Source: Eledone cirrhosa
Lineage: Eukaryota
NCBI GenBank assembly: GCA_964016885.1
Contig: OZ024742.1
Coordinates: 334,676,001 to 334,740,000 of the forward strand
DNA: 64,000 nt
Reading direction: 5' to 3'
Shown: in pieces, positions 33,378 through 48,137 of the stretch
How positions within the stretch are numbered: the first letter of the stretch is position 1
Layout: every line of letters begins with the position of its first letter
Program-made: the position numbers and the translations under genes
The notes under the pieces: model-generated
Databases searched by the model: none
Told to the model about the DNA's origin: nothing
The model's input: only the letters and a program-made list of their open reading frames with translations

Positions 33378-36300
33378 GTGGGTGTGAGACAGAGTGAGAT
33401 ATACAACATCACAAACGCAAATACGCACCCTCAAATTCGTACACACACGTACATAAACATACAAATACATAACAATACACATCAGATAAACATACGCCAA
33501 CTTAGACACGCAATGAGGCATATATAAAAACGCACACATACATACAGAAATATTCACTAACAACCTCAAATACACACAATCAAATACAGAACCACATTCG
33601 CACACAAAGTCCCTTCAAATACACATACACATTAGACACACAAACACACATACTAACACACACACAAAAACAAACACGTACACAAATATACACAGAGTAC
33701 CTCAAATACATACATACACATAAACACTTAAATCTATACTCAATCTTATACGCAATGGCTAACACACTGGAAACAACAACATTAAAACAACAAAACGAAT
33801 GAAGAAAATAATGAAAATGAAGAATATGACATTCTTTGATGTCTTTCTGTGTGTGTCAGTTGATGTGGTTCTGTCTTGGAATGACGAGTTAATTTTACAT
33901 GCCACCATCCCCCACACTTGGTCACTGACAAATCTTTCAACAGTCAGTCAGACCAAGATTAAGGAAACTATGGCAAAAATAAACGAGGTAGAAGAAAGGA
34001 TAAAGAAAAGGAACTGAAATGGGGAGGGAGCTAACTCTACACCCTTGACTGGGCAATATATTTCAGATGTGCCTCACATGGGACAAATGGTGTACATCCA
34101 GTGATAAATGCGGCGTTAGCCATTCTAACCTCATGAAGCGCCTTCCTTATACACGATGCACTAGTCCCCGATTTAGCGTAAGAAAATGGTAGTTTTGATA
34201 CCGAGGACACCTGAAGTTTCAATGGTGTATGGCAGAAAATGGAAACGGTGAATCATTTTTTGTTATTTTGTTATCTTCTGATCCTGCAGGAGGTAACGCG
34301 ATATTTTTTAATAGCGATTAGAGTTTCTTGAGTATTAACAATATTATCAAATATATCATTTGATTATAAATATTTTTGATATAATTCTATATCCACAAAT
34401 TTCGAGGGAAAGCTATAGCTATACTTAATTGATTGACCCAGGGTTATGTATTTGTATGTTTACTCGAGTTCTGAAAGACGATAGGCAAATTTCAACTACT
34501 CAGTGGTTAAGCTCAAAACATACGGTTTCTTAATTGAATTATATATATGTGTATATGTGTGTGTGTTGTGTGTGTGTGAACATGTGTATATACGTGTTTT
34601 CTCTTTCTTTCTTGTCTTGTTTTTCCGTATCTCCTTTCTATTTTTTTCAAATGAAGAGCATTTCAATTTCTTTACGAACTACCTATATTGAACAACTTGT
34701 GTGAGTACCAGTGGTGTCATGGTTGTTAAGGCTCAGTATACGTTATATCTCTAATGTAATCTATTGTAATTAAAAATATCATGTATCTGAAGTTAAGTGA
34801 CGAACTAAGCAACTATATTTAGTAGTGTAAAAGCTATCGTATAAGACTGCCACACATGGGCCATATACGATCTTTGATATCAATCCTCGGTTGTTGTCAT
34901 TTCCTTTATATCATTAAAGGTGGGGAGCAAAGGATGCCAGCCACAGAACCTCATTTTATCGAATCCATACAAAAACATGAGGTTTTGTATCTACGTAAAA
35001 TATTCTTATTTTGAATTTCGTATGTTATGTTGCAATAGATTAAAATATAAAGCAGTGGTCATATTTCATCTGCAGCCCATGGAGACTGTTTGATCACGAA
35101 TGACAATGGAGGATGCTTCAACTGATGGTCATAAATAAAGGCAGATTAATATGAAGACATGAATAGATGTTTAGAAAGAAAAGTTGGTGCACGTTGCAAT
35201 GGAACAGGATGAAAAAGTCGGGTAGCTAATTCATGCTTAGAATGTTTGAAGATTGGCGCCACGTCCAATGCATGAAATACTGACTTATCGGACTTAGCGG
35301 AGGATTGAAAATATTTCCTTTTCAGAATCACATTTAAAGATTTCACTTTTTGATAACTTCTTTGAAGCTGGATTTATACTATTCTTCTGCGCTGTTTCTA
35401 ACTTTCTGCTTTAATAGATTACACTACTTTAGAATGTCCTGTGCGCAGATTATATAACTTTGACTAACCTTACTGCACCATACTACACTGCAGTTACGCT
35501 GCCCCAGGGTACAATACTATAAATTACTACACTACACTAAACTTCGCTCTATGACGCTACGCTACTCTATACAGTATTACTGTCGTGCTGAAATGTCATA
35601 TCTAGGTGTACGGGTTTTACTTGAGGTTCTGAAGGAAAATTTAAATTTAAATAAGTAATATATTATCAGTTCATGTATCTTGGATTTAAATTTATTGTTG
35701 GCCGTATGCTGGGAATTATTACAATTAATTAAATTTATTTCAGCATCGCTGTCGAGAACTGTAGAAAATTCACTTCAAAGAAAACATATATCTCATTTGC
35801 CAACCACAAGCCACTATAAATCGGAATCTAAGTACATTTCTCTACCTGTCATTTCTCTGAAGACAATCACAGACTTCAAAGTTTAAAGTGATGTAATTCA
35901 ATACAAACTTTACTTCTTCAAGTAAGATTATTCTGGTAGAAATGTAAATACTATTGTCCTGGACAGCACTCTGATACAACAGAACATATAAACAGTAGCA
36001 ACAGATTTCTTGTTATTTGCATTGTTGTTGTTGCTGTTGTGTCTATGTTGGTGTTTTTGCTGGTGCTGCGGTTGTTGTTTTGCTCCACATCAATTCAGTT
36101 AAAATAGACCTATGATCAAAGTCATTGAATTAAGGTCGTGAATATCCAGTCATTTTCATTTAGTTCAGGCAGTGTTCAATTATTTTTAGAGAACGTTAGA
36201 GAACGTTCCTTCGTAATGGATCTCTGCATTAAATATATTAACATAATTATTGGCTAGCATTGCCAAAAACTCAATTCAAAAGGTATTACGATTCAATCGA

Positions 36301-37585
36301 AATAAGCAATGAACGTTAAACATTGGCTGTTGCCATCAACTCGTCTTGGCCAAGGTTTTATTCACCAACGCTGAATGATTATGAGGCATTTCTTTTAAGG
36401 GGGCTCTCTTCAGACCTGCCAACCTCTAAAAACCCAAACGGGAAGTACCATGAAAAAAGGTGCCCCAAAACGGTAAATGAGACAAAATGGAGAAATTTTA
36501 CATAATGAAAGCTATACCCATTTTCGCAAGAGATGACATTTCTCAACTATGGGTGGGAGATCTCTCCGTCGTACGGGGAGAGTTGACAGGTCTGCCTCTT
36601 TATATATTTTCGAACCAATTCTATTATATTTCTCGGTTAAACAACATTTCATTTTGTATGTTTCCTTAACGATACACTCGTCACTAGCTCGATAGATACA
36701 AAAAAGAAGTATATGCTTCGCTGATGAGATCAGTATAATATTGAAATATGCCTAGAATTGTTGCTGTATTTGCCGAAATATATGTATAAGCAGTAACAGA
36801 TATCTAACAGTTACAGAGAGGTGGATAGATAGAGAGTTACTTAGATAGAGAATGGCTTAGATGGATGTATGGGTACAGAGTTTTACATCAATAAATTCCT
36901 TTACATTCATTTTTCATAGATATATTGAATGTATGACTATGTATGCACGTATTCATATATGTATGTACATACGTATGTATGTATGTATGAATGTATATAT
37001 GTATATATGTATGTATATATGTATGTATATATGTATGTGTGAATCTATGTATGTTTATATGTATGTATGTGTGTGTGTTTGCATGTATGCATATATGTAT
37101 GTGTGAATGTATGAATATATATTCATAACTATATACCTACACATGCGCACATATATATCTGAGAATGTGAACGTGTCTGTGTGTGTATTTGTGCGTGTGT
37201 ATGTGCCCTGATATCTTGTCTTTTTCTGTGTGTGCTGATATAGTATATTTACACATCTCATATACTGATATATACACACTGATGCGTGAACAAAGAAAGA
37301 TAAATAAAACTGGCGAATAGAGAGAGGATGAAAGTTCAATAGATTATTACAGAAACAAAACCACGACCCCATGGACAAATAAATAACAGTGGCTGGCGTC
37401 ATTCGAACCATTGTAATAATAAAGATAAATAAATCTATATTAATGGATGAAAGCTAGGGAAGAACAATGGTGGAAACGGCAAAAATAACAACGGTAACAA
37501 CAACAAGCTGAATATTACTAGGAAGAATAATTACAACAACTACAAAAAGAAGGGTGATAATAATAATAATAATACTATTTGTGGC

Positions 37586-37634
<49 letters not shown>

Positions 37635-37648
37635 GAAAGGTATATATA

Positions 37649-37689
<41 letters not shown>

Positions 37690-37796
37690 GGGGTGTTATA
37701 TGTGTATATATATATGTATATATATATAAGTGTGTTTATATATATATATATATAATATAATCACAAACATGTACATAAATATATACAATCGTGTAT

Positions 37797-37836
<40 letters not shown>

Positions 37837-39379
37837 CACAAACATGTATATATATATATATATATACAATCGTGTATATACATAGATACATACATATATA
37901 TATATGTATATATATATGTCTCTACATCCTTGTTAGTCCATGTGTTTGTGTGTGTTTGTGTGTGTTTGTGTGTGTATGTATGTATGTGTGTATGTGTATG
38001 TGTGTTTGTGTGTATATGTGTATGAATATACATAAAGATGTGTATGTTTTGTTTTACTTATATATATATTTATTTATTTACAATAAATAATATATTAATA
38101 ATAAAAAGAATAACATTCATGACGATAGTGATGATGGTATTGATTTTTATTTTATATCTATTTCTATGGTGTCGGGGTTGATGTTGTTGGTGCTTTCTAT
38201 AATAATGTGTAAAAACAATAAAATTTGTTGGAGAAAACAGACGCTCTCTGCTGAACACCATCAATGACAACAGCAACATCAGCAACAACACAAACAAACC
38301 CAGCCACAACATCAATACGAAGAACAAAGTGTGAGACTACCATACAAATATATTAACAGTCTTCATTACTTTGTAGTTGTTGTTATCGATGCTATTGTTG
38401 TTATTGTTATGGTTGCCATAGTATACTAACTTCCTACGAAGATTTTTTAAAGTGAAGAATCGATTTTTTTTTTTGTTTCATATTTTTCCTTTTTTTTTTT
38501 CATTTTCTTTCAAGATTTACCACGCATGAAGGAAATAAATTTTGAATGTCAAAATACTGATTTCTACTATTGGCTTACTTCTATAGATTTCGATTGTGTG
38601 GAGGTGCGGTATGTCTAGGCTAGCCATAGAATGTGCATCCCTTCTCCAGTTATGCGCCACGTTATATTAAATACAATAATTTCAGCTTACAGTTTTGTAA
38701 GCTAACAAACCTAGATGTTATCACTTCTTTCTCTGACCATACTTGCAAAATTAAAATTACCGCACCTCCATTTTCTACTATACAGTCCGCCCCCAACCAA
38801 ACAGAATCATGCGACAGGTCGTAAACCACGCTTTCTTCTCAACAGCTTTGGGTATTTCTACATCGCTGCTATACAACAAACATTTTTAGTAATTTATTTT
38901 GATCGTATAAAATTACATATTTAATTTAATTATAGAAATATGGATAAAAATATGATCCTTTAAGATTCAGTAATGGGCCCCTCTGAAGTCTGTGTCTTAA
39001 GGAACTGCCTTGCTGGCCTCATGATAACGCTGGTTATGAGTGCGGTGGAGGATATAGACGAAAGCTTTAGTCAAAATACTTGAGCCGGAACATATATTGT
39101 ACGTTGGTGGTTGTTAGTGGTAGAGCATATGTGTTGATGTGAGAGTGATCTGTTAGTATAATTGATTAGTTAATTAGTAGCCTGAATAGGATTAAATATG
39201 TATCATGGTCGTATAGTTGTAATTAATTAATTAGCTGTGTCAGTGTGTGTTATTTTACGTATATATATGTGTTAATATGTCGATGTGTGCGTGTGAGATG
39301 GTGTGTTGGTGAAGTAGTAGTGCACGTGTTTTGGTGTGAGTGTGGGCATGAGGTGTTTGATGGGAAAGGCTAAAAGAAG

Positions 39380-39830
39380 ACGGGTGGGACGTACACAATC
39401 CAAGCCTGGAGAGAAAATGTAATACTGCTCTGTTCTCAGGTATGAGTTCGGGTTTCCCGGGCAAGCAGCGAGGCCGAAATATAAACAATGAGGATGGATG
39501 GAGTGTCCGTCGGGCGACCGGAGATTGGTTGCCAAGTCGGACTTCGCGAAGATGCTCGGCGAAGCGGCTTGTCAAATATAGACGGCCTCGCGTAGTGTGA
39601 AACGGAGCCCGTAGACAGAACTGGAGGAATTGCAGTTGAAGGAGATCCTGGCTCGGAAGGATTGGCCATTGGGCCTACTGAGGGCGATATTATTGGTGGT
39701 GGTTAAAGTAATCGGCACACAATCATGCAGTAGTGAGTTCAAGTAACGTAACTGAGAAGGCGATCCAGACTGAGACGTTGTGTAACAAGGCTGACCCTTG
39801 TACAACTCTACCACTGTGGAGTGGACCAAC
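39380..39830 (-). mobile_element. Penelope-like element, decayed GIY-YIG endonuclease region
   Basis: SFRARISFNCNSSSSVYGLRFTLREAVYI then, after a frameshift, SRFAEHLREVRLGNQSPVA. Matches the PLE pattern F.C.S..VVY.I.C..C..YIG...RF.EH......PVA.HF. Confidence 0.72.
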
Positions 39831-39874
39831 GTGAAATAAAATTCTTAGCCTCAAGATACAAGAATGGTGCTCGG

Positions 39875-40789
39875 AATCGAACTCACGATTGCAGGATTGT
39901 GAGCCGAATACTTTAACTACTAAACGACTCATCTTCACAGTAACGATATAATCCACTTTTGACCCACACAAACTCATGACTTCAAGATTGTGAACCGAAC
40001 ACTTTAACTACTAAACGACTCATCTTCACAGTAACGATATAATCCACTTTTGACCCACACAAACTCATGACTTCAAGATTGTGAACCGAACACTTTAACT
40101 ACTAAACTACTCATCTTCACAGTAAAGATATTAGCCAACATTGACCCACACAATCTCATGACTTCAAGATTGTGAATCGAACACTTTAACTACTAAACTA
40201 CTCATCTTCACAGTAAAGATATTAGCCAACATTGACCCACACAAACTCATGACTTCAAGATTGTGAATCGAACACTTTAACTACTAAACTACTCATCTTC
40301 ACAGTAAAGATATTAGCCAACATTGACCCACACAAACTCATGACTTCAAGATTGTGAATCGAACACTTTAACTACTAAACTACTCATCTTCACAGTAAAG
40401 ATATTAGCCAACATTGACCCACACAATCTCATGACTTCAAGATTGTGAACCGAACACTTTAACTACTAAACTACTCATCTTCACAGTAAAGATATTAGCC
40501 AACATTGACCCACACAATCTCATGACTTCAAGATTGTGAATCGAACACTTTAACTACTAAACTACTCATCTTCACAGTAAAGATATTAGCCAACATTGAC
40601 CCACACAAACTCATGACTTCAAGATTGTGAATCGAACACTTTAACTACTAAACTACTCATCTTCACAGTAAAGATATTAGCCAACATTGACCCACACAAA
40701 CTCATGACTTCAAGATTGTGAATCGAACACTTTAACTACTAAACTACTCATCTTCACAGTAAAGATATTAGCCAACATTGACCCACACA
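39875..40789. repeat. 91-bp tandem minisatellite, ~10 units
   Basis: GACCCACACA recurs at 39961, 40052, 40143, 40234 ... 40780. Confidence 0.93.
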
Positions 40790-41109
40790 TTAACACAAAC
40801 ATTATAGCAAGAACAAGAACATTAAAAGACAGGGTTAGCGTAAAAGAAATCTCTCGCAGTCTTTCCATCGGTTTCTCGGCGCCGAGTTCCTGTAGTGTAA
40901 TGTTTCATGTTGTTTACAATTAAACACCAGTAATTTGCTTAAACAAATACTTTCTCCTACGATGAGCATAATTAGCGAAAGTTAGTATATATTTGTGTAA
41001 TGTGTTCGTATATGCCAGTTTATATGTGTTTGTCTCTGCCAGCCTGTGTATGTTTGATTAGTTATGTGTACGTGTAATGTCTGCGTGCGGTTCTCTATGA
41101 CAGCATATA

Positions 41110-41154
<45 letters not shown>

Positions 41155-41501
41155 AATTATTTGTGTAATTATTTGTGTAATTATAACTCTCTCTGAGTGC
41201 TTGTGTTGTGTGTGTGAAAATTGGCGTAATTCTGAGTACTTTATGTGTGTGACAATGTTTGTATACTTGTGTCGGTGTCTGTGTGTGTGTGTGTGATAGA
41301 CTATATGTAATTGTGTAATAATGTGTGTCTACCTGTGTGTATATATTTGTGTAGCTATATATATATATATTGCGATGTGCATATGATTGTATATATAAGT
41401 GTATGTGATGATCGAAGCAGTTCTTTCTGTACGTGTGCAATGGTGTACTTGAAAATTTGCGTGAAGCGTCGTATGTATGTATGTACGTATGTATGTATAT
41501 A

Positions 41502-42060
41502 TGTCTCATGGTCGGGTCGTTGGCGACTAGACTGGCAACCCCGCCAAGGTTTCTTGGTGAGGAGGGTGACTTTGGACATCCTGCAGGACTAAAAACAAAA
41601 CCTGTCAAATGGCAAAGGAGCTCTTAAGAGTCAATGGCCATCCAAAATCACCGGGAGAGATGACCCCTTAGCCTTTGTCAAGGCAGAATTCTAGGAGAAG
41701 GAAAACTCTTATATAACACCTGCAACCCTGATGGTATCCAATGATGTTGACTTGTTCTTCTTTTTGGTAAATATCATCTTGGTTAAGAGAGTGGGACTGG
41801 CTTTGTGCAGTGCCTTTGCTCACTATAAGAGCTTCACGGCACAGGTATTGCTTTATATCTGGAGATCTCTCTGCACTTGTCGTCACATGGTTCCATGGGC
41901 CCAGCACTATGTGTCAATAATTGTCACAAGTGTAGTGTTTGTACCAGAGTTTTCAAGTCACTGGCTGGACTAAAATGTCACTCGTTCAGCGCATTGGTAT
42001 GGGTTCTCCTACATGGATATAAAGTAGTGGCCGTACTCGAAAACGAGTTGGCAGCCACCA
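41502..42060 (+). mobile_element. RTE-derived non-autonomous retroelement, slightly 5'-truncated
   Basis: Reverse complement of 54769-55376 and 58324-58929. TATG-like sequence on both sides. Confidence 0.8.
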
Positions 42061-42076
42061 TGTATATATGTATGAA

Positions 42077-42391
42077 GTCGCATGGCTTTGTGGTTCGGGA
42101 ATTTGGCTCACAACCGTAAGGTCGTGAGTTCGATTCCCAGTGGCATGTGTCCTTGAGCAAGACACTTTATTTCACGTTGCTCCAGTTCACTAAGCCTGCT
42201 TAAATGGGTTTACCTGTAACTGGAAGGGTTAGCCTTATCACATTCTGTGTCACTCCGAATGTCCCTTACAGCTACGTTAAATGCACGTGCGTTTGTGGAA
42301 TACTCAGCCACTTGCATGTTAATAACACGAGCAGGCTGTTCTGTCTATTGGATCAAGTGGAACGCTTATCGTCGTAACCGACGGAGTGTCA
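42077..42391 (+). mobile_element. tRNA-derived SINE, family B
   Basis: TGGCTTTGTGGTT A box, GAGTTCGATTCC B box, GTGTCCTTGAGCAAGACACTTTATTTCACGTTGCTCCAG body. Relatives at 52302-52420 (+) and 62078-62390 (-). Confidence 0.8.
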
Positions 42392-43305
42392 CTATAATGT
42401 ACTATGTATGTATGTATGCATCTTTGTATGAATGTATGTATGTATTTATGTATGTATGCATGTTTGTAAGAATGTATGTATGTATTTATGAATGTATGTA
42501 TTTATGTATGTATATAGTGTGTGAGTGTATGTATGTATGTAAGTACGGATGGATGCATGCATGTTTGTATTTATGTTTATATGTATGTACGTATGTGTGT
42601 GTATAGTATGTTTCCTTTACTGTGTGATATGTGTTTGTTACGTATTCGTCTGGGCCCTGTTTTCTATAGTTTCCATTGTATTATATGTTTGTTTATGTAC
42701 CTGAAATTATGGTAACATATATATATATATATGTTTATGTTACTTGTGTATGTGCGTGTTTTGTGGTCAGTATAATACTGCTTATATTTCATGTCATATA
42801 TTAAACATATGTGAGTGTGGTAATGGCTATGTATGTGTGAGTTTCTATACGTAAATCTATGTTTTGTTTTAAGGTCCAAGTCTAGCTGACGTCTTGCCAA
42901 AATTCACGTATAACGGCTAGCGCCGTCTATTTCCGGTTGTGAAACATTAGTACCCAAATAAGGCCTTTGATGTAGTGTCTGAACTAGAAATATACACTCA
43001 GAAAATTGTCTTTGTCCGGAAGCGGTCACAATTATATATTATACGAACGCATACATAAATGCATACATATGCACACTCGGGAATCATTTGTTACATACAT
43101 ACTTACATATAAATATACTCACATAATTATAAATACGCATATACACACGCACATTTATATATGAATGTTTGTATGTATAAATATATAAAATATATGTCTG
43201 TTTCTGAGTGTGCATGTTGATATGTGTGTGAGAGCGCGTGGGTATAACAATTAGACATCCAGCTACACAGAGAATAAAGTGCACAAGCATGCATGTATGT
43301 ATATG

Positions 43306-43386
<81 letters not shown>

Positions 43387-43397
43387 GTATAGTTATG

Positions 43398-43451
<54 letters not shown>

Positions 43452-46342
43452 TTTATATATATACATATATACATATATATATATACATATATATATATAT
43501 AGGTATATATACATACACATACATATATATATATATATATTTAATACAATAACAGAGATAGCTTAAAGCTAAACTCCGACTGGTAACCATCTCACTCAAC
43601 AAACATTAGGTTATATGTTAGTATAAACCCAATTTAAGTGTTTGGGGTGCTAACTATATGTATTTTGTGGAAAGCCAGTTGTATTATTTTATGAGATATA
43701 ATTAAAGTTAAAATATATCTCTCTTTCCAAACAATTGTTTCATTATAAGTTTTCTACAAATTGGGAGAATGTTTCCAGTTTATGTAGAAGCCTAACATAT
43801 ATTCATGTATGAATATATTTAGGTGGGCACTTATAAATCTTCAGTGGAAGCCCATTAAACTTTGATATAAGAAAAAATTCTTACCGCAGTTAAAAATCGT
43901 GTCTACTAAGCCGCTCCCCACGCATCGAATGACCGCCAAATTTGAAATTCCAGCAGTCTTTTGACTGAGGAAGTATCATAGCGTCACCAAGCGGGAAAGG
44001 GAGACAACCACGATTCACGAGATACGAGGTTTGTCCTAAAACTAAAGGTACTGATTTTTCTTTGTATGACATGGTAACGCAGTACCTCATTGATGTAGCA
44101 TCACCTCATTGGTGTGTTGGTTATGACCTTGGCTACATATATATATACTTCTTTCAACATGATCAGTTGAGTCAGTCATGATTTATTGCTGGGTCTAATC
44201 AGATTAATAAATCCTTAATATTGTTTTAGATAGGTATGGACTTTGTTCCATGTCTTTGCCATGAGTAACTATCTTTGTTCAACCAGAAAAGGGCCAGATC
44301 TGGCCAATAATTCTAATAACTCCAAGTAATTTATTTCATTGGGAGAAGCAACAGATTCATCATGATTACAAATTGAAAGACGTTCTTAAGCTAGAACCTT
44401 TACAACTTTAATTATTTGCTCTACAATTGTGCGATAATTATTTTTTTCATTCTCGATTTCATTCTCAAGTTGAACATGGGTACGTACTCCTTTGTTTGGA
44501 GCATCAATATTTAAATTAGAGCTTGTCTTTGCAAGGAACTTCTCTCCGCCAGTTGCATAGATCTCATGCATATTTTCCAGTCATTAAGCTCCCCCTCCAC
44601 CAAACGTTGATAAACATCCTGAAGTTACATCCTGAACCGTACATGGGGAAATAATATCGGCTTCGTTTGTTTTCTGAATAGAATAACCAATTTGTGGCAT
44701 GTTGTTTGCTTTTAAATTTATGAAGAGGTGTGAAATAAAACTTCTGCTATTGTCGTTGTTTCTTTATATTGTCATACAATACAATGGCTGGAATTTACTA
44801 TTAACATGTTCATATTCATTACCTCGCCCTTTGGCTGTATCGAAGAGTTACCATCAGTGTTCTATTTGGTCATTCATTATTATCATTAGAGAGCTTGTTC
44901 TTATCAATTGTATTTCCACATTCAATGGTGGCTGGTTGTTATATTATTCTTCCAATCAAACAAGTATTACTTGCTTTTATATTTCCTACGTCAGTCATTA
45001 CAGCAATATTCCCATCTCCATGAACATCAAAATATTTTCTCAACTTACATCTTTTTGATATCACTAGTTGAAAGGCTAGGTGGACTTCAGCGGGATTTGA
45101 ACAAAGAGTGCAGGAGCTGGTCCTACACCCAACGCTCAAACAACTCTGCCAAATAGACTGCCGCGTGTATAAAACTATATTAAAGTAAATATTGCCTATA
45201 TCAGTTCATCGTTTTGCTTAATAGCATAAGATTAAAGAAAAATCTGTACGTAATAAAACGTTTTATTGCCTATTTAAAAATGCAGATTTGATTTAATGAG
45301 AATGGTGAGCATAGCGTTGTCTATAGCAATTTATTAATAATATGATTCGTTCAACTGATTTTATGAGAAAAATAATTATTATACTGCATTATTGTATGAT
45401 GAGTTTAATGCACCGAAATAGATACATAGATGGACTGGCATGCGGCCAGAAGTTGGTATGTGACGCAATAGGGGTTCCGAGAACAAAAGGTTAGAGCCAA
45501 TACCATTGGGCCTAGTGCGACCTGCCGTTAGAACAAGGGGAGTAAGTGATCCGAGAACGAACGGTCGTGGCCAATGACATCGGGCCAACTTCTTAGCGAA
45601 CCGAAAAAATACACACATTCCAAATGTCTCAAATCATCACCACTAATCGTATTTCCGAAACTGTCTTGAATCTTGTGTCTTTTGAATTATGTCAATAAAG
45701 TTCATGGTTTGTCTCTCACGGTTAAACCGTTCATGTGTTTACTAGCACTATTTTTTTATGATGTTCTACGCAATTTTCACAGAAACTCTCTTAGAGTCAA
45801 TGTTGTCAGACTATCATAAATTTTTATATTGGTGGTAATGGTCCATCCATGTCTGTGTATATAGAGAGCAGTTTAAACAATGGCACTTTCGCTTTGTACG
45901 AAAGATCGCTCTGTACATTTTCGTCTCTCTTTTTCCATTGTATTTGTTTGTTGTTATATTTTCTATTTGTCCACTTTTTCTTTGTTTTCTTTTTCAGAAT
46001 TTCGTGCTGTATACAGTCATTTTACAATTTCTAATTGGAAATTAATAAATTTGCAGACAGTTACGTATAAGTTCATGATCACAATTACTCGTGTATTCGT
46101 GTCTACATATATACACATCTGTCTGTATATTTGATTATTGTAAACAAAGAAGCGGAAGAGAAAGTGGTGATGAGAAATTGTGTATACGTGTTTCTGTGTT
46201 GGGAGGGAATTAATTCTATGTACGTGATCTGTGCGGAATTACAAATGAACAAAATCATAAGCCAGTACGTTTATACTTTAAACAATGCGTAAAAATATAT
46301 ACGGATATACTAACATGTTCAGAAATCCATTAATTATGATTG

Positions 46343-46440
<98 letters not shown>

Positions 46441-46779
46441 TATTGTTATACTTGGGGAGGCTCATATTTTTATAATATTGCCAGAAATAATAACAGAACA
46501 CACTCACTGTTTGGTTGGTTTTTGCTTCTATATCTTTTATAGCCCCATAGTTAATCTATTTGGCAACCAATGTTTATCATTGTTTGAGCAGCAGTTAAAA
46601 ATACAGATATAAATATATATATATAAATATATAAATATATATATATGTATATAGTCTATTAAATTTCTTCCGTCGCACTTCTGCAACATCATCAGTGGTA
46701 CTATTATATTTCCTCCTATTGTATTGTAATGTCTATGCCCTTATTTTATTTATTTATCTTATTTATTTATGTGTATATG

Positions 46780-47850
46780 ATTATTATTATTTTGAAATTG
46801 TTATCTCGGACATTGATGTTATTTAACCGAAAAATGTTCCTAAATGAATATAAAGCCGCTACCCGTAACCTCATATATTCAGGACGTATCGAAGGATCCT
46901 TGCTGTTCCCAGTAGACATGCATTTTGAAGTGTTCCAAAAAAGGTGGCTGGGCTAATTATCTTTGGCCAGCCTTGGAAATTCTTTGGAGATTACTCTGTG
47001 CTCGTGTGAAGATCGGGACGACATTGATCTCATGACAATCCCAAATCCCTTTCAGTTCCCACTTTGGATCCTGGTTCCTGTTAATTTTCTCCATCACATT
47101 TTCTTACACTATTAAGTGAACGGGACAAGCTACATCTATAATCAAACAAGAACTTTTTTCCTGTAAAAAACCACCAATTAACTCTTATTGTGTTCTAATT
47201 CTTTATCTGCTTGTTTCCCGAAATCCCGCAGCACTTTCACTCCGTTGTTTATATTACTGACTCTGACTTATACTCATACCACTTCTCAGAGTGGGGTAAA
47301 TCATTCAGTTTCCATAAATGGCAGTTGATCACTTTTCCTATGATATCATGTCTTCATCCTTTATAATGAGGCTGGGCCAGGTGTTTACACTTTCCATAAT
47401 TTCTACTGAGCGGGCTAGCTTCCTTTTTGTCAATATGATGTTTCCTCCACATCGTTCTAAGGGCAGTCAGTAGCCTCCCCTCTATAGATTTCTCAAGGTC
47501 TCCCTTTTTTAACCAGTCCCATGTCTTCGGATCTCTAAATTCTGTTTTCTTCAAGACGACGCTTTGAAGAATTTTTAATTCAATTTGTTCTTCCTTTTGT
47601 CATTACGTCTTCCTGGTTTATTATCTCTTCGTTTAATACAGCATTAAGCTCGTTACTCTCTGACACATATTTATGTAAACAGCTCTTCCCCATCTGAGCA
47701 CAGTCATCCACGCTGATAAGACCTCTCCCGTCCACATCTCTTTTTAAGTACACTCTATCAACACAACCCTTCTTATGAATTATACTATCCTTCACTGTAC
47801 CTAACAATAGACAGAGCTCGGGAATGTATTCCACTAATGGCATTTCTACT
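46780..47850 (-). mobile_element. Decayed 3' fragment of the same R4/Dong family as 8490-11994
   Basis: KTEFRDPKTWDWLKKGDL versus KTEFRDPQTWNWLKRGDL. VDRVYLKR..GRGL motif. 3' end (CGATACGTCCTGAATAT...AACATCAATG) homologous to 11897-11980, ending in a short (AAT)n at ~46780-46791. Confidence 0.8.
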
Positions 47851-47932
47851 ATTCAAGTCTGATTATATTATTTTTCTTACTCTCCTTTTGTATTCAGATG
47901 TTATCATCTCCTTCATTTTATTTTCCTTGGTG

Positions 47933-48041
<109 letters not shown>

Positions 48042-48048
48042 TGGGTGT

Positions 48049-48137
<89 letters not shown>

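Noticed and set aside
39875-40789. CRISPR-like regular array
   Set aside because: Units are contiguous near-identical 91-mers with no unique spacers; eukaryotic context and no cas genes.
42077-42145. tRNA gene (also at 52302 and 62330)
   Set aside because: A and B boxes are present but there is no intact cloverleaf, and each continues into a shared SINE body.
44386-45060. Possible decayed Penelope RT/linker on the minus strand
   Set aside because: Only vague peptide resemblance; no diagnostic motif is intact.
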